From Antedon mediterranea (lineage: Eukaryota; Animalia; Echinodermata): a DNA stretch of 64,000 nucleotides. Positions within the stretch are counted from its first letter, which is position 1. Each line of letters starts with the position of its first letter. The stretch covers positions 21,982,912 to 22,046,911 of the forward strand of contig NC_092675.1 in the NCBI RefSeq assembly GCF_964355755.1. The letters are read 5' to 3'. A program made the translations under genes and the position numbers. Under the pieces are notes generated by a model. That model worked only from the letters and a program-made list of their open reading frames with translations. It had not been told where the DNA came from and did no database searches. Of this stretch, positions 34,601 through 47,700 are shown in pieces.

Positions 34601-37600
34601 ATGAAACAAAGAGCCAATATATTGTTCAACCTCTATGTAGGGATACCCCTATTCAGGAGACACCTGAAAGGGTCACTTTCCAATGAAACAAAGAGCCAAT
34701 ATATTGTTCAACCTCTATGTAGGGATACCCCTATTCAGGAGACACCTGAAAGGGTCACTTTCCAATGAAACAAAGAGCCAATATATTGTTCAACCTCTAT
34801 GTAGGGATACCCCTATTCAGGAGACACCTGAAAGGGTCACTTTCCAATGAAACAAAGAGCCAATATATTGTTCAACCTCTATGTAGGGATACCCCTATTC
34901 AGGAGACACCTGAAAGGGTCACTTTCCAATGAAACAAAGAGCCAATATATTGTTCAACCCCTATGTAGGGACACCCCTATTCAGGAGACACCTGAAAGGG
35001 TCACTTTCCAATGAAACAAAGAGCCAATATATTGTTCAACCCCTATGTAGGGATACCCCTGTTCAGGAGACACCTGAAAGGGTCACTTTCCAATGAAACA
35101 AAGAGCCAATATATTGTTCAACCTCTATGTAGGGATACCCCTATTCAGGAGACACCTGAAAGGGTCACTTTCCAATGAAACAAAGAGCCAATATATTGTT
35201 CAACCTCTATGTAGGGATACCCCTATTCAGGAGACACCTGAAAGGGTCACTTTCCAATGAAACAAAGAGCCAATATATTGTTCAACCTCTATGTAGGGAT
35301 ACCCCTATTCAGGAGACACCTGAAAGGGTCACTTTCCAATGAAACAAAGAGCCAATATATTGTTCAACCTCTATGTAGGGATACCCCTATTCAGGAGACA
35401 CCTGAAAGGGTCACTTTCCAATGAAACAAAGAGCCAATATATTGTTCAACCTCTATGTAGGGATACCCCTATTCAGGAGACACCTGAAAGGGTCACTTTC
35501 CAATGAAACAAAGAGCCAATATATTGTTCAACCTCTATGTAGGGATACCCCTATTCAGGAGACACCTGAAAGGGTCACTTTCCAATGAAACAAAGAGCCA
35601 ATATATTGTTCAACCTCTATGTAGGGATACCCCTATTCAGGAGACACCTGAAAGGGTCACTTTCCAATGAAACAAAGAGCCAATATATTGTTCAACCTCT
35701 ATGTAGGGATACCCCTATTCAGGAGACACCTGAAAGGGTCACTTTCCAATGAAACAAAGAGCCAATATATTGTTCAACCTCTATGTAGGGATACCCCTAT
35801 TCAGGAGACACCTGAAAGGGTCACTTTCCAATGAAACAAAGAGCCAATATATTGTTCAACCTCTATGTAGGGATACCCCTATTCAGGAGACACCTGAAAG
35901 GGTCACTTTCCAATGAAACAAAGAGCCAATATATTGTTCAACCTCTATGTAGGGATACCCCTATTCAGGAGACACCTGAAAGGGTCACTTTCCAATGAAA
36001 CAAAGAGCCAATATATTGTTCAACCTCTATGTAGGGATACCCCTATTCAGGAGACACCTGAAAGGGTCACTTTCCAATGAAACAAAGAGCCAATATATTG
36101 TTCAACCCCTATGTAGGGACACCCCTATTCAGGAGACACCTGAAAGGGTCACTTTCCAATGAAACAAAGAGCCAATATATTGTTCAACCCCTATGTAGGG
36201 ATACCCCTGTTCAGGAGACACCTGAAAGGGTCACTTTCCAATGAAACAAAGAGCCAATATATTGTTCAACCTCTATGTAGGGATACCCCTATTCAGGAGA
36301 CACCTGAAAGGGTCACTTTCCAATGAAACAAAGAGCCAATATATTGTTCAACCTCTATGTAGGGATACCCCTATTCAGGAGACACCTGAAAGGGTCACTT
36401 TCCAATGAAACAAAGAGCCAATATTGTTCAACCTCTATGTAGGGATACCCCTATTCAGGAGACACCTGAAAGGGTCACTTTCCAATGAAACAAAGAGCCA
36501 ATATATTGTTCAACCTCTATGTAGGGATACCCCTATTCAGGAGACACCTGAAAGGGTCACTTTCCAATGAAACAAAGAGCCAATATATTGTTCAACCTCT
36601 ATGTAGGGATACCTCTATTCAGGAGACACCTGAAAGGGTCACTTTCCAATGAAACAAAGAGCCAATATATTGTTCAACCCCTATGTAGGGACACCCCTAT
36701 TCAGGAGACACCTGAAAGGGTCACTTTCCAATGAAACAAAGAGCCAATATATTGTTCAACCCCTATGTAGGGATACCCCTATTCAGGAGACACCTGAAAG
36801 GGTCACTTTACAATGAAACAAAGAGCCAATATATTGTTCAACCCCTATGTAGGGATACCCCTATTCAGGAGACACCTGAAAGGGTCACTTTCCAATGAAA
36901 CAAAGAGCCAATATATTGTTCAACCCCTATGTAGGGACACCCCTATTCAGGAGACACCTGAAAGGGTCACTTTCCAATGAAACAAAGAGCCAATATATTG
37001 TTCAACCCCTATGTAGGGATACCCCTATTCAGGAGACACCTGAAAGGGTCACTTTCCAATGAAACAAAGAGCCAATATATTGTTCAACCCCTATGTAGGG
37101 ACACCACTATTAAGGAGACACTTTGTTATTTTCTCCGTTATACAATCCCTATGAAAAAATGTAGCATTCCAGATGATTTTATTTCACAATACAACACAAT
37201 AAAATCACGAAAACGAAAGGTCGAAAAATAGTTGGAATAGTAAAGCACAAATTTAGGGCAGTAAAAAACAGCTATTATTTAATATTGGAGAGTACAGTAT
37301 TTATTTTTCATATGTGTAAAGTAAAAGCATGTTAATATATTGCACAATGTATTGAGAAAAAAAATAATTATTCATAACATATTGTTTATTTTCTTTTTTA
37401 ATAGTCGGATTGAAATGATGGAGCGCTATCGGAGAAAGGGGGAATTAACATACCTTGAAAAGGTAAATACTGTACATATACACTACAAACTTATTACAAG
37501 GTTATTTAAGCCAGTCCTGTGTCTAAGGGCCTGTTCGTAGGGGTTGAAAATACCAGCTTATTCCCGATTTCCGTTCGCGTGATTCAATTAACTTTTGCCT

Positions 37601-39064
37601 CAGGCTACAAAAAATTCGAGGTAAAATGTTCACCAAATTTGCAGGTTATTTCAGCGATAATCCAATTATACTCGGCCTTCGAGGATAATAAATCTCCGAT
37701 AGAGGCAATGTGTCAAATTTTGACAAACGTTCGCTGCCTAGGCCCGTCATTTCTCCTACGAAGCTCTTCCATACACGCTTCGAGAGCGATCGTCAGCTGG
37801 TGCTGTCCTTGTTGGTGTAGACCGCTTAGTAGGCCTAGCTGGTCGGGGAGCCGCTGGTCGGTGGTGTTTCCGTCGTGTAACATTGGGCTCAAATTCTTCG
37901 TCAATGAGTAAAATAATGGTCGTCAGGAGAAGGCATATTTCGGCAGGATTATCGGCGTTAAGAGGCATAAGGTTTGTCGCAAGGATAAGCAGTGTAAAAG
38001 GTAGCAAGTAATTGTTATTGTAAAGAAAGATCGCGAGTAAAAAATATACAACACGAAACTAGCGTGCGAAAATGGGGTCGTAGGTTGTAAAGACAACTGA
38101 CCTTAAAACGTAATTTCCGGTTTGTGATTCGTCGATTAAGCATTTAAGCGGTTAAATATTTCAAGTACGAACAACGCTCAATTTATAACCCGAGGCATGG
38201 GTGAAATTAAGCGCTTATTTTAACCACCGTAGGAACACGACCTAATAAAGTGTATGGGTGAACAATGCATACATCTGTGTGCAATTTGAATTGGTTACTA
38301 TTCCATGGGAATAAAATGCATACATTTTTATCATTAGTACCAAATGGACATGACAAGGATGTGACACCAAAAAAAATGTTTTGGTTTAGAATATAAACGA
38401 AACAGGAAAGGACCTATCATTTCCCAACAGTCTCTATGTATGTGAATTGCCGTTTCATTCTGGACTGGTGTTTGAAAGACAATATATAATATTAGGCTAC
38501 ATAAATAATATTTTCAGGGCCTGTTGCTGCTAAAAATATACATTATATGGGCTCCAAAGAAGTAATGTCGACTGGTTAGGACACAATGGGTTAAATTTTC
38601 ATTAGAAACGACTTCCAGTCAACTCAACTGTAAATTAATTCCAGGTTTAAAAAAAAAAATAAGTGGATAAATTGATTCATTTCCCTATGTTGTTTTATTT
38701 AATATTGTATAATTGTTTGAGTATTATTTCATACCCTACTTCAATTATAGCACTATATTTTTTACCCATTGCATTGAGGTCAAATCTTTAAAGTTGTAAA
38801 TCACAATATTTTGAAGCTTTATAATTGAGCAGTTGTCACACAACAGGTCACCCAGCTCTGCAAACTCAAGAATGCATTTTGTGTATTAAAGAGTATTTTT
38901 ATTCATATTCATTCCTTGTTATTTAGATGTTGCTGTCATTAAAGAAGTATTTATTGTTAGATGGTGGAAGTTTACAGATTGGTTTAATAGACAAGATACG
39001 AGAGATGGTAGCTGAGGAGTTTAAATCAGCAACAACATTCAATCTGCAAGTTAATGATGATTAA
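22656..39064 (+). CDS. MYSM1: Histone H2A deubiquitinase MYSM1 (SANT/Myb + SWIRM + MPN/JAMM), 18 exons, ~1099 aa
   Basis: Exons 22656-22720, 23090-23168, 23521-23609, 24035-24121, 24652-24721, 25028-25120, 25618-27133, 27643-27817, 28442-28581, 28702-28796, 29117-29178, 30053-30140, 30766-30946, 31391-31518, 31809-31938, 33860-33965, 37405-37462, 38927-39064 (3300 nt, phase-consistent). Motifs: EMDIDVE; AIEKMLLEE; [37 protein letters not shown]; [40 protein letters not shown]; YDPFKLIAC; [45 protein letters not shown] (intact JAMM). Confidence 0.96.
23610..24034 (+). other. U12-type (minor spliceosome) GT-AG intron, MYSM1 intron 3
   Basis: The 5' end is GTATCCTTT. Branch-site-like TTCCTTAAG at 24016-24024 ends 10 nt before the end of the AG, with no polypyrimidine tract. 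Splicing restores the frame LLEE-HLYSGK. Confidence 0.9.
24300..24555. mobile_element. Sola-like MITE
   Basis: TIR GGTAATTCCACCTCGATTCAACCA / TGGTTGAATTGAGATGGAATGACCC with a 4-bp AAAT on both flanks. Confidence 0.65.
24794..24940. repeat. Perfect 9-mer minisatellite (TTGTCATGG)x16
   Basis: Directly visible. It explains the spurious MTT/SWL/MVV ORFs and lies in the intron splitting the SANT domain. Confidence 0.98.
27841..27930 (+). ncRNA. Penelope-like element fragment with minimal hammerhead ribozyme motif
   Basis: CTC-TTGAGGA-A-GATCA(GAGCGTAT)TGATC-GAAAC-GTA-GAG: a core resembling CUGANGA, a 5-bp stem II, GAAA, palindromic ACGT and a CTC/GAG stem I. Confidence 0.55.
27943..28173. mobile_element. 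pogo/Tc1-like MITE with CCYCTATT.AGGGACAC subterminal repeats
   Basis: Left end TACATTAGAACCCCTATTAGAGGGACACC; right end GTGTCCCTTAGTAGAGGTGTCCC..CTACTGTA, an imperfect inverse with TA flanks. Confidence 0.6.
29211..29802. mobile_element. pogo/Tc1-like MITE with internal 18-19 bp tandem repeats
   Basis: TIR CCGTAAATCTTCTAATWGTAAC at both ends, and many CTCTAATAGTAACCC(AC) repeats in both orientations. Confidence 0.85.
30480..30740 (-). mobile_element. Degenerate SINE with Deu/Nin-like core
   Basis: The minus strand has GGATTCAAAT (B-box-like) and GTGCATGTTAAAGAAC, similar to the core in 53380-53680. Confidence 0.45.
32003..32189. mobile_element. Harbinger-like MITE
   Basis: ~33-bp imperfect TIR ..AATTTACACAGAC.AGCGGTAA.GGTAA with TAA/TTA flanks. 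Confidence 0.7.
33220..33535. repeat. ~120-bp tandem repeat, ~2.6 copies
   Basis: TTGATCATGCTTCCAC.GAGTGAAATA..TCT recurs at ~33257, ~33379 and ~33498. Confidence 0.85.
33615..33840 (+). mobile_element. Degenerate tRNA-derived SINE
   Basis: TAGCTTGGTGG (A box), GGATCAATCC (B-box-like) and an A-rich tail. Confidence 0.45.
34047..37126. repeat. 82-bp satellite, ~37 near-identical copies, in MYSM1 intron 16
   Basis: Unit ACCCCTATTCAGGAGACACCTGAAAGGGTCACTTTCCAATGAAACAAAGAGCCAATATATTGTTCAACCTCTATGTAGGGAT. Units start from 34071 to 37021 (36x82 minus one 2-bp deletion), preceded by the MITE-like terminus TACAGTAGAACCTCT. Confidence 0.98.
37527..38242. mobile_element. PIF/Harbinger-like non-autonomous element
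   Basis: Imperfect TIR GGGCCTGTTCGTA / TAGGAACACGACC, TAA TSD on both sides and a GC-rich interior. Confidence 0.7.
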
Positions 39065-40444
39065 TTCATTTACGGTATTACTAATCCCATTCAAATATAG
39101 CACACATTTTTTTAACCATTACTACATTGAGATAAAATCTTTGTGCTACTCTAAACTCTTTCAAGTCACTGTTGAAGTCTTTCTTTTTCATTAATTTAAA
39201 TTATTGCCACTTCTCAATTTATGTACAGCACATTGAGAGCTTGTTTATATGCGCTGTATAAGAATGAACTATTATTATTATTCATCTCAGTGGTATGGCG
39301 AGTAAGACATTTGTTTACATCTATCCTACAATGTCAATATAGTTTTTTATTAGTATTTATATAAAAGAAATACACAAAAGTTCAGTGAATAAGTGAGCCA
39401 ACATGAAAAAGAACTTTTAAATGTTCACTTTAGGCCAAACATGCAATGAGGACGAAAACTCAATAGATCACTGCATTTTGGCTGGCCCCACTCATTTAGG
39501 CCACAACAGGATCGGCCTAAAGCAATTGCTGAACTATGCTCTAAATCATATATTGGTTTGGATGCAGTGGCATGATAAATATTAATCTAATATCATAAAT
39601 TTACAAATCAAATCAAATCAAAAAAATTATTCAATGAAAAAATTATATTTTCTTAAAAAAATATATGTTTTTCGATTTTTCAATTTATGCATACATGCTA
39701 GTATAGCATGTACAATAACGTAGCAACTACACTATTTGAAATTATTAAGCACAAATTATTGTCTCCTTGCAGATGATATGGTGATATAACTGATTTACGC
39801 ATGTGCGATACAGCCTAACGCTACAACAAAACTAATTACAAATTGGTTAATTCAAATTGGCCAAAATAGCCAAATTATCGTAATAGCATTAAATACCCAT
39901 TGTCTTTTCTGCCTTCAATAAAATTGAGAGCAACATTTTGTTTGTAGTACTCATAATATATACATAAAAAAAACAACCTTTTGGATAGAATTTTAGAATG
40001 TATAAATATAATGTAAAAACTGAATTTTAAAAATATATAATTGTATATTTTTTAAAGCTTTTAAAAAAAATATTTTTTTAGCATTTACTATTTAATTAGT
40101 AATATAATAAAAATATAAAACCAATTTCAAATATATAATACTGTATCTCTAAAGGAGAAATTATAATAATAATAGAGAGAAATGGTGAGCTATGATTATG
40201 TCTGAAATTTTTAGGGCGGTAATGTTTAAAAACCATATACAAACATACACATTTTATGTCAATTTGTATCAACCGAAATCTTTGCGAAGGAGCTGTGCCA
40301 AGTCTTGTCTAGCCTTTGTTGTACACAGCTATTGTGGACACTGAGACTGGTAAGGTCAAGATACAACTTTGCGCAGATTCTTAGATGCATTATGGGAGTA
40401 TGTTTGATCCAAATAATGACCGGGGTAATAATGAACAGTTCTTA

Positions 40445-40781
40445 AGCTTGGTTCCCACTAGCGACGAAAAGTAGCGCAACCGACACAACGTAAGCAAATG
40501 CCCTCCCAATAATTGTGTTTACCCCCGCCTGTGTGAAATCAAACCTGCTTGTTGCGCGTCAATGTTAGCATGCCGTAGACTTTGACCTGGTTCACCCCGT
40601 GTACTTTTGAGTATGCACTGTTTTCCAGTGTCTTTTGCATTGCGTTGTGTGAAATCAAACTGATTTGATTTCCCATAGCGATGTTTTGCAGCACTGTTGC
40701 GTCATCGGTTCCCACTTGTGATTACGCAATACAGCTTTGCGTCGATATGTCGCTGCGTTGCGTTCTAGTGGGAACCACGCT
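40445..40781. mobile_element. Harbinger-like MITE (AGCTTGGTTCCCACTAG family)
   Basis: TIR AGCTTGGTTCCCACTAG / CTAGTGGGAACCACGCT, TTA TSD and ACGCAA subterminal repeats. Confidence 0.85.
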
Positions 40782-41519
40782 TTAGAGGTTTCACAATATT
40801 AGGTGCTTTATAAAACAAGATGCAATTTCAATACATTTTACATAGGCTATAAAAAGTATATAAAGTACAAAGAGAGTGAGAAGTTATGTTAGATATATTG
40901 CTTGTATCATGTTTTTTTGTGTGTGTGTTTTTTAATGGGAAGAACAAGTCACTTATTGCATGGAGATTTTTCTAGAAGTGTTTAATTGCTGGCATTAATC
41001 ACATGGTTGACAGTATTGCACCTCAACCAGATAAGTATGTTTAATATTGAAACCTAGATAGATATTAAAGTGAAGTGTTTGTGTTTTTGATACCATGTTA
41101 AATTGTGTCAAGGTTCGGAGTCCTGTTTAAACCACTTGACACCAAAGTTTAATGCACAATTTAAGAAATAAAAAAATACCATTCTTTTGAAATTTCGCAT
41201 GATGAAATATTGTATCCAGGACTTATATTCTATTTCCTTACTTTTTCACATGTCATGTCTCATTTTGTTAATCGGAGGAAGTTTTAAGTGTCCTTGTTAA
41301 CTTATTAAAGCATGTTTGAAAGAACTTTGTTGCACTATGTTTTTGTTATTTTTGGGTGGAGTAACATTTTGCAATACTACTACCGAGTTGAGCAAGAATA
41401 TATTGGTCTAGCCTCTCATTGGAGCTAGGCTGCTAGGCTAGCATAAATTAAGCTGGATGAGTGTTGTTGTGTTTGCTTATGTCATAACTTATGAAGAAGT
41501 TTTTAGCCCATTTAACCAT

Positions 41520-41760
41520 AGACATAGACATCGCTTTATTCATCCATAAATTTGGAAATTATAGTGTTCTTAGCTTTCTCTCTCAATAAATATTAAACAG
41601 AATTAAATAAAGACAAAAGAATATAACTAACGAACATATCTTCTATTGAAAAGGCCAATACATCTTGGAATGAAAAAGTTGGGATATCGGTTCGTGTTAG
41701 CCGCCGGTACCGTCAGTCTACCGCTGCGTTGTACTATACAACTGCTAATAGTCTCATTTA
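41520..41760 (-). mobile_element. LINE (Rex1/CR1-like) extreme 3' fragment
   Basis: The minus translation RSGRLTVPAANTNRYPNFFIPRCI resembles LINE ORF2 C-termini. It is followed by AATAAA and a (TGTCTA)n-like tail. Confidence 0.6.
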
Positions 41761-44700
41761 AATCAAGTATTTAGTAAATCACTAAAATATTTAGTATGAA
41801 ACAGTTTATCTAGTTGCTGTATATAGTTATCATTATTCACTTATTCACTCATTTATTTAAGTTAGTGACAGTCTGAATAGGTTACCTTTGACATCATAAT
41901 CACTTCCAAGTCCTGCTAGCCTGGTAAACTAACATTAGCTCTTGACAACACAAGATTTTAGCCAGATTAAAGCAGACTTATCTAGGTCTAAATTAGACAA
42001 TTTTCTGAAGTACTTAGCTCTTACAAACCATTGAATACCCACCTAGTACTTTCAAGTTCTTTCAACCAACCCTTTCTGGCCTTTCACACCTGCTCTGACA
42101 TAGCAAATAAAATCGCGTATCAATGTTTTATTTTCACAACGCGCCACACCAATCGTGTTACTCGATCGATAGTTGCTAATGCAATGCTCGCAATCTGACA
42201 TGAATCTGAACTGGAGCCGGAGTTGTGACTGACCCTTTAATTGTTAGGTTTTTTTTTTATTTGTTGCTTGTCATAAGGTGGATTTCTTCTCCACCATCCC
42301 TCTTCCCATTGCTTTAGTTTTCATACCTAGATATCGTTGATACAATCTTTGGTTGTACCATAGATGAACTCTGTACAGGCCTTAACTTCTGTTGTTTTTA
42401 TTTTCAATACCATATTATCTTGTTACACAAGTACTTTTAAAAATCTTAACCCATAGTTAACTTTTTGATACTACTACCTTTACCCTAACTTTTGATTGCT
42501 GTAGTAAAATTGTGTTTGTTGTTTCGAATACAGGTACATCACATGTTATCTTTGGTCTTTAGCAGGTGGTGTAAACGTGATATTGAGGAACATAGACACA
42601 TATTCCTCTTGCTTTAATAAGGTATATCACAGACAGACAGATGTACTTGTAATGTGATTAAAGTGGCCGTGGTTACCCACCCCAAACCTCTTCCAATCAG
42701 CCTAAAATTACCTACATTAACAACATCCTCTGGTTACTACTGTCCAGCGGTGTTTAGCTAGGCCTACATCTTCTGAAAAAAAATCCTGTTACTGACTGAG
42801 AGTTTGAAAGCATTGATTGACAGTAAAACTATGGTTAATATTAAGAGTATTGGCAGATAGCCCACACATTGAGTGAATTTTGGCAAAGTAGCATAATTTA
42901 TAATATATACATTTCCAGGAAAAGGGACATTTGTACAGGTTCATATATATCTAATTTTTCACACGGATGTCTACATTAAACTATAGTATAATAATTTTAA
43001 TAATATAGACAAATTAGTTTATACACATTACACAGCTAACTTTTTAAAAATGGAACTCCTCATACTAGACTTGCTGAAAACCACAAAACTATCAAAATCA
43101 ACTTTCTGGAAACAGAAATGTTGGGCCAGCCAAAGAGTTGTGAGAGACGACTACTTATTTTGTGGTTTATTAATACAGTATACAATAATAAACAAAATAT
43201 TACCATGGCCCTGTTGCATAATGTACAGTGTAGATTACTGACTGTATTTCTGCTAAGTTTGTGTTCCCAAATACAGACCATTTATATCAGTGGGTGTTGT
43301 CAACTTTTAATGGTCAAGATATAACCGGCAGTCAAAATGTTGTATTGTTGGAGCAGTTAAATGGTGTTATCGTTATATTTAGAATGAAATTCAATTTGTT
43401 CCATTTATGCTGCTAAGAAATTGGGATGGGGGTAATTTATTGACATGGGTATTAATCATAATCCGATTTTTATCATCTTATACCTGTTGGCATTTCTTGC
43501 TATCTTGTCACCATCTCCTGGCTAGCCTTGATAGTCTGTTCTTCCCAATTAACCATATGACATCAGCCATGCATTTCCAGTATGGTGTGATTTAAAAGCA
43601 CCACCCGATTACAAGACCAATGCAAGGCCTAATCAAGCACCTATTGATGGCCTATCAAGTTAGATAACATAATCAGAGAGTAAACTATTGATCTACTGCC
43701 CTCGACTTACCCCCTTATTTTAGATAAGAAAACAGTGTAATACTTCTCGTCATATTTACACAAACACTATCTGAGTTATAACTTGGTAAACATTGTATTA
43801 ATCAATAACTTTGATCTGAACTCAAATAAATTATTAATAAAATAATGATGGCGCTAGGAAATTCCCCTGAGAGAGAGTTAAAATTAATTGTCCAAAATAA
43901 CCTGTGATCCTTGCAGTTTTTTTTTCTATTCTACAGACTTCTAAGTTTAGCATGGTTGCTAGGGATTCTAGCAGATTTTCATACCTTTACACCATCTAAC
44001 CCTTATTTATTTAAGCTCATTCTCTATTTTTGTTTGCTTTTTTAGTATAGTATCAGTTTAAAATATCTCAAACCCCCTGACAAACTTCCAGCAGAAGTGA
44101 TGGTAAATAGGCCTCTAGTCTAGATCATGACAATGTTTCCTGTGTTACAATCCTAGTTATGGGGTTGACCCATGTTAAGAGTCACCTAACAACCCATGTA
44201 TAGCGAGTGAGTGGTGAGTAATCTTAACAGTACCCACCATGAACACTGTGGATACCTGGAGGTATCTCTTGGTCCCCACCCACTCACAACTTCTTAACAC
44301 ACACCACTAGACTTCTCTGCCATACAGAGCGTAATAAAATAAAACATGTTTTGTTTCAGATAGTTACACAATACTGTACTTTAAATACAAAAAATGTCAT
44401 CAACATAATACTGATGATTAATGCTGAAATACTGTATTTTATTGCATGGAGGATATGTATTGCCATGGAGTACCATGATATTAGGCCTACTGTACTGTCT
44501 GTACACGTCTGTCATAAGTTTAAATTGCTAAACGGTATACAAGGTTTATTTACAAAAAAGATGAATTAGACAAAACAGTAACACCTTCAATATTTGCAGT
44601 GAACCATAATGACTACAATTAAATTTGTTGAGGTCACGCTATCTAGAGTAATTAAAAGATCAGCAGAATAATGTCATGTCAATAAAACTGCTATTTGTTA

Positions 44701-47700
44701 ACAAATACCCATTATGCTGCCCTCTGCTTTTTTTCCTTTGCCCATAATCAATAACATGGTACCTGAAGTATGCCCTCTTAACCATGGAGGAATTAGTTAA
44801 AACCTTGATTAGGTGCCCCATGGGGGTTTAAAGATTAGCCTGCTTTGGGATTAGCATTTTCAAGGTTTTAAATGTTTCCTTTGCTATTTATAAGTAAATT
44901 TGTTTGTTTTTTTCAGTTTACCATTATGTTTTTTTTTTTATTTCATCATTATTTCTTCTATTCAAAATTCAAGTAACTGTTTTGTTATAAAAACTTGTTG
45001 TATTGTATTGTAGGCCAGATTCACTTTTTTTTAAATTTTTCCTCAATATCAAGCCTTTGCGTGTGGAATAAGAACAAACTACTTGTTGGAAAATACTTGA
45101 GCTCACATACTGTGTACTGTAAGGCTGGAGAAGACTTGTTCTACCACCAGAACAATGGTCGCTGAGTCCCTTGAACCTGTGCCGATTGTATAGCTATAGT
45201 TTGCAGCGCTTTGCCTTAACCACTCATGTAGATTTTCCCTTCTGTGGTTCATGGGTAGGCTCTTCTACCTCAACTTGACCTAACAGCATTCTGTACAAAA
45301 TATTTAGTATACCTGAAGTATGTTACCTTTTGTGGTTCATGGGTTCATCTTCTATCCACAATAGGATGCTATACACAGATGTGTTATTTGTATGTGATTG
45401 TTTTAAATTAAACTTTTTATGACCTTTCGAAACAATGTAAATGCAGCATACTTCCAGTGTATTGCACATGAAACAAGGGAAACAACACACTTATTGAATA
45501 CTGAGTGTATCCTGTGGTTTGGTCATGGAACAATACAATTTTAAATTTTGTAGGACAAAATGCAGACAACATGTAGACAACTAGTAACTCATGTATCGCT
45601 AAATCAGATTATATATGGACTAATAAGCAAAAATAATAGCAAAAAAATACAATGAAAGCAATATGCTAATTTAATTCACCATAATCAAAGTAAACAAAAA
45701 TCAAAGAATAATAGGATATACATTAGATTAAGAAGAATATTATAACAATCCATGATTTCTCTTAAACATTAGGAATCTAAGATTTGTTTTACCATTTACA
45801 TCATGCTAAATATTTGTACACTTATGTTCATTTTCACTCAATTTCTCAAAATAGTTTTGGTAGATTTTAAGTCTGACACAATGTAGGTAGATCATTGAGG
45901 CCTGACGTAGTAGATCCTACAGTAGGTTGTCAATATTCAAAGCTTGCTATAAGATCAGACCTTGGCCAAAGCTTGTCATTAATGGGTGCCTATTGAGTAG
46001 GGCATCACATCAGGCAGAATGTTTGTATAATATTAATAGCTATATGCCAAAGTTAACTTTGCACCCAACGTCTTCCTAAACCGTGCCATGTTTTTCTCAA
46101 ATTTAAAGGGTTTCTTTTAATCATATTTGGAAATTCCTAGTCATACAATCATTTCATGTATAATGTCATAATTCATACCTATGTATTGCTCATGCTTTTG
46201 ACAATTTAGACTCAAAATGTTTGTTTTGTTTGTAGAATTCATTCTGCTTAGAGTAATTGTGTTCTGAATTTTAACAATTATTTCAGCCCAATTTGTTCTT
46301 GTGTGTTCAATTTTGTTCTTATAAAAATGAAAGCTTTAGCATCCAGTATGTAAACCAGCTGAATTTTGTTTTGTTTTGGGTTGCTTCCAAAAATGAAAAG
46401 GTTTGCTGAACTGCATCTTGTGACACTCTACCACCTCTCCTTGTCTTGTTTCATTTTGTTACTTGCCAACATTGGTCAAGGATATTTACAGTTAAAAGGC
46501 CAAATTAAATTTTGTTTGTTAATTTCACATCTGGAGGTTCGAAAGACTTTTTGAAATTCTATTGTGACTTACTAAACACAAGGATGATAGTCTAGAAGTT
46601 GCACAATGAAACACTTTAAAAGAATTGCGTAATAGTCTCTGTGTTAACAAAATTCCTGGGCACAAATTTGACCATAAACCAATTGTTCTTTCAGCTGGAC
46701 ACTACAGGCACTTCCTTCAAATAATAACCACTAATAATATGTCCCAGAAACTTTAGAAGCTAATGATTAAATGATCTTCATTTAAACTGCAATTCATAGT
46801 GCATAATGATCTTCATATCATTGTAAAGTAGATTAACTAAAAGTTGACCTATATTATATCTTTTAAGTATGAATATTATTTATGTTTATCAAAGCGTGCA
46901 CATGATGTAAAAGCCAAGGAAACTGAAACTTAAAGCAATATATTTCAATCTACAGCTGGACCCTATGCAGGAAAACAGCTGTTTTTCTGGCAAGTTGCCA
47001 GAAACATTTCATAACAATCCCTCAGAGCATGAAGTTAACCTTGAAGGAAGCTCAAAACTCTGATTGGCTTCTTGGAAAGCGAACACGATCAAAACAACTT
47101 TGGACTGGGGTCAATGATCAGTATATGTCACAGTTTGTTTACAGTGTCTTTACAGGGGTTATTCCTTTATTAAAGAGGGTTATGCTGAATATAGGTTCAG
47201 TAAACATCTTAATATGTCATCTTTTTTAGTGTTTTAAAATGTACAAAATCTTAGAAAATGCACAGTACATACTGTACATAGATTTCCGTTTCACTTGAGG
47301 GAGATGGTGAATTAATGATGACATCACTAAAATTGGCAAGCTGGATATTGATTTTAAATAAAGCTGATTTCCTTATGGAAGAAAATGTGAAAGAAGATTA
47401 GAACAAAGAAAACAAAACATTTTCAAAATAAAATTTATTTATTTGCAAGTCAAAGTCAACATCTTAAAGAATTAGATACAAATATTACATCATGGTTAAA
47501 ATTACTATTTTTCTTAACTTAACCTTGGACTTTGTGGGTTGTACTGGACTTTAGCCAAAATGGCCAATCTTTGCTACTGTAAAAATAGCTTGGATAATGA
47601 CTTTACAAATGCCATCAGCAGAGTGTAAACTGATTTTATAATAATAGATAATAATTTAGAATCTAACTATGGGTACGTTTACAAAAATTGAATTTCTGTT

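Noticed and set aside
34071-37126. 82-bp hairpin-containing array as a CRISPR array or coding repeat (ORF 36977-37231)
   Set aside because: There are no unique spacers, the context is a eukaryotic intron and there are no cas genes. The ORF is a by-product of variant units.
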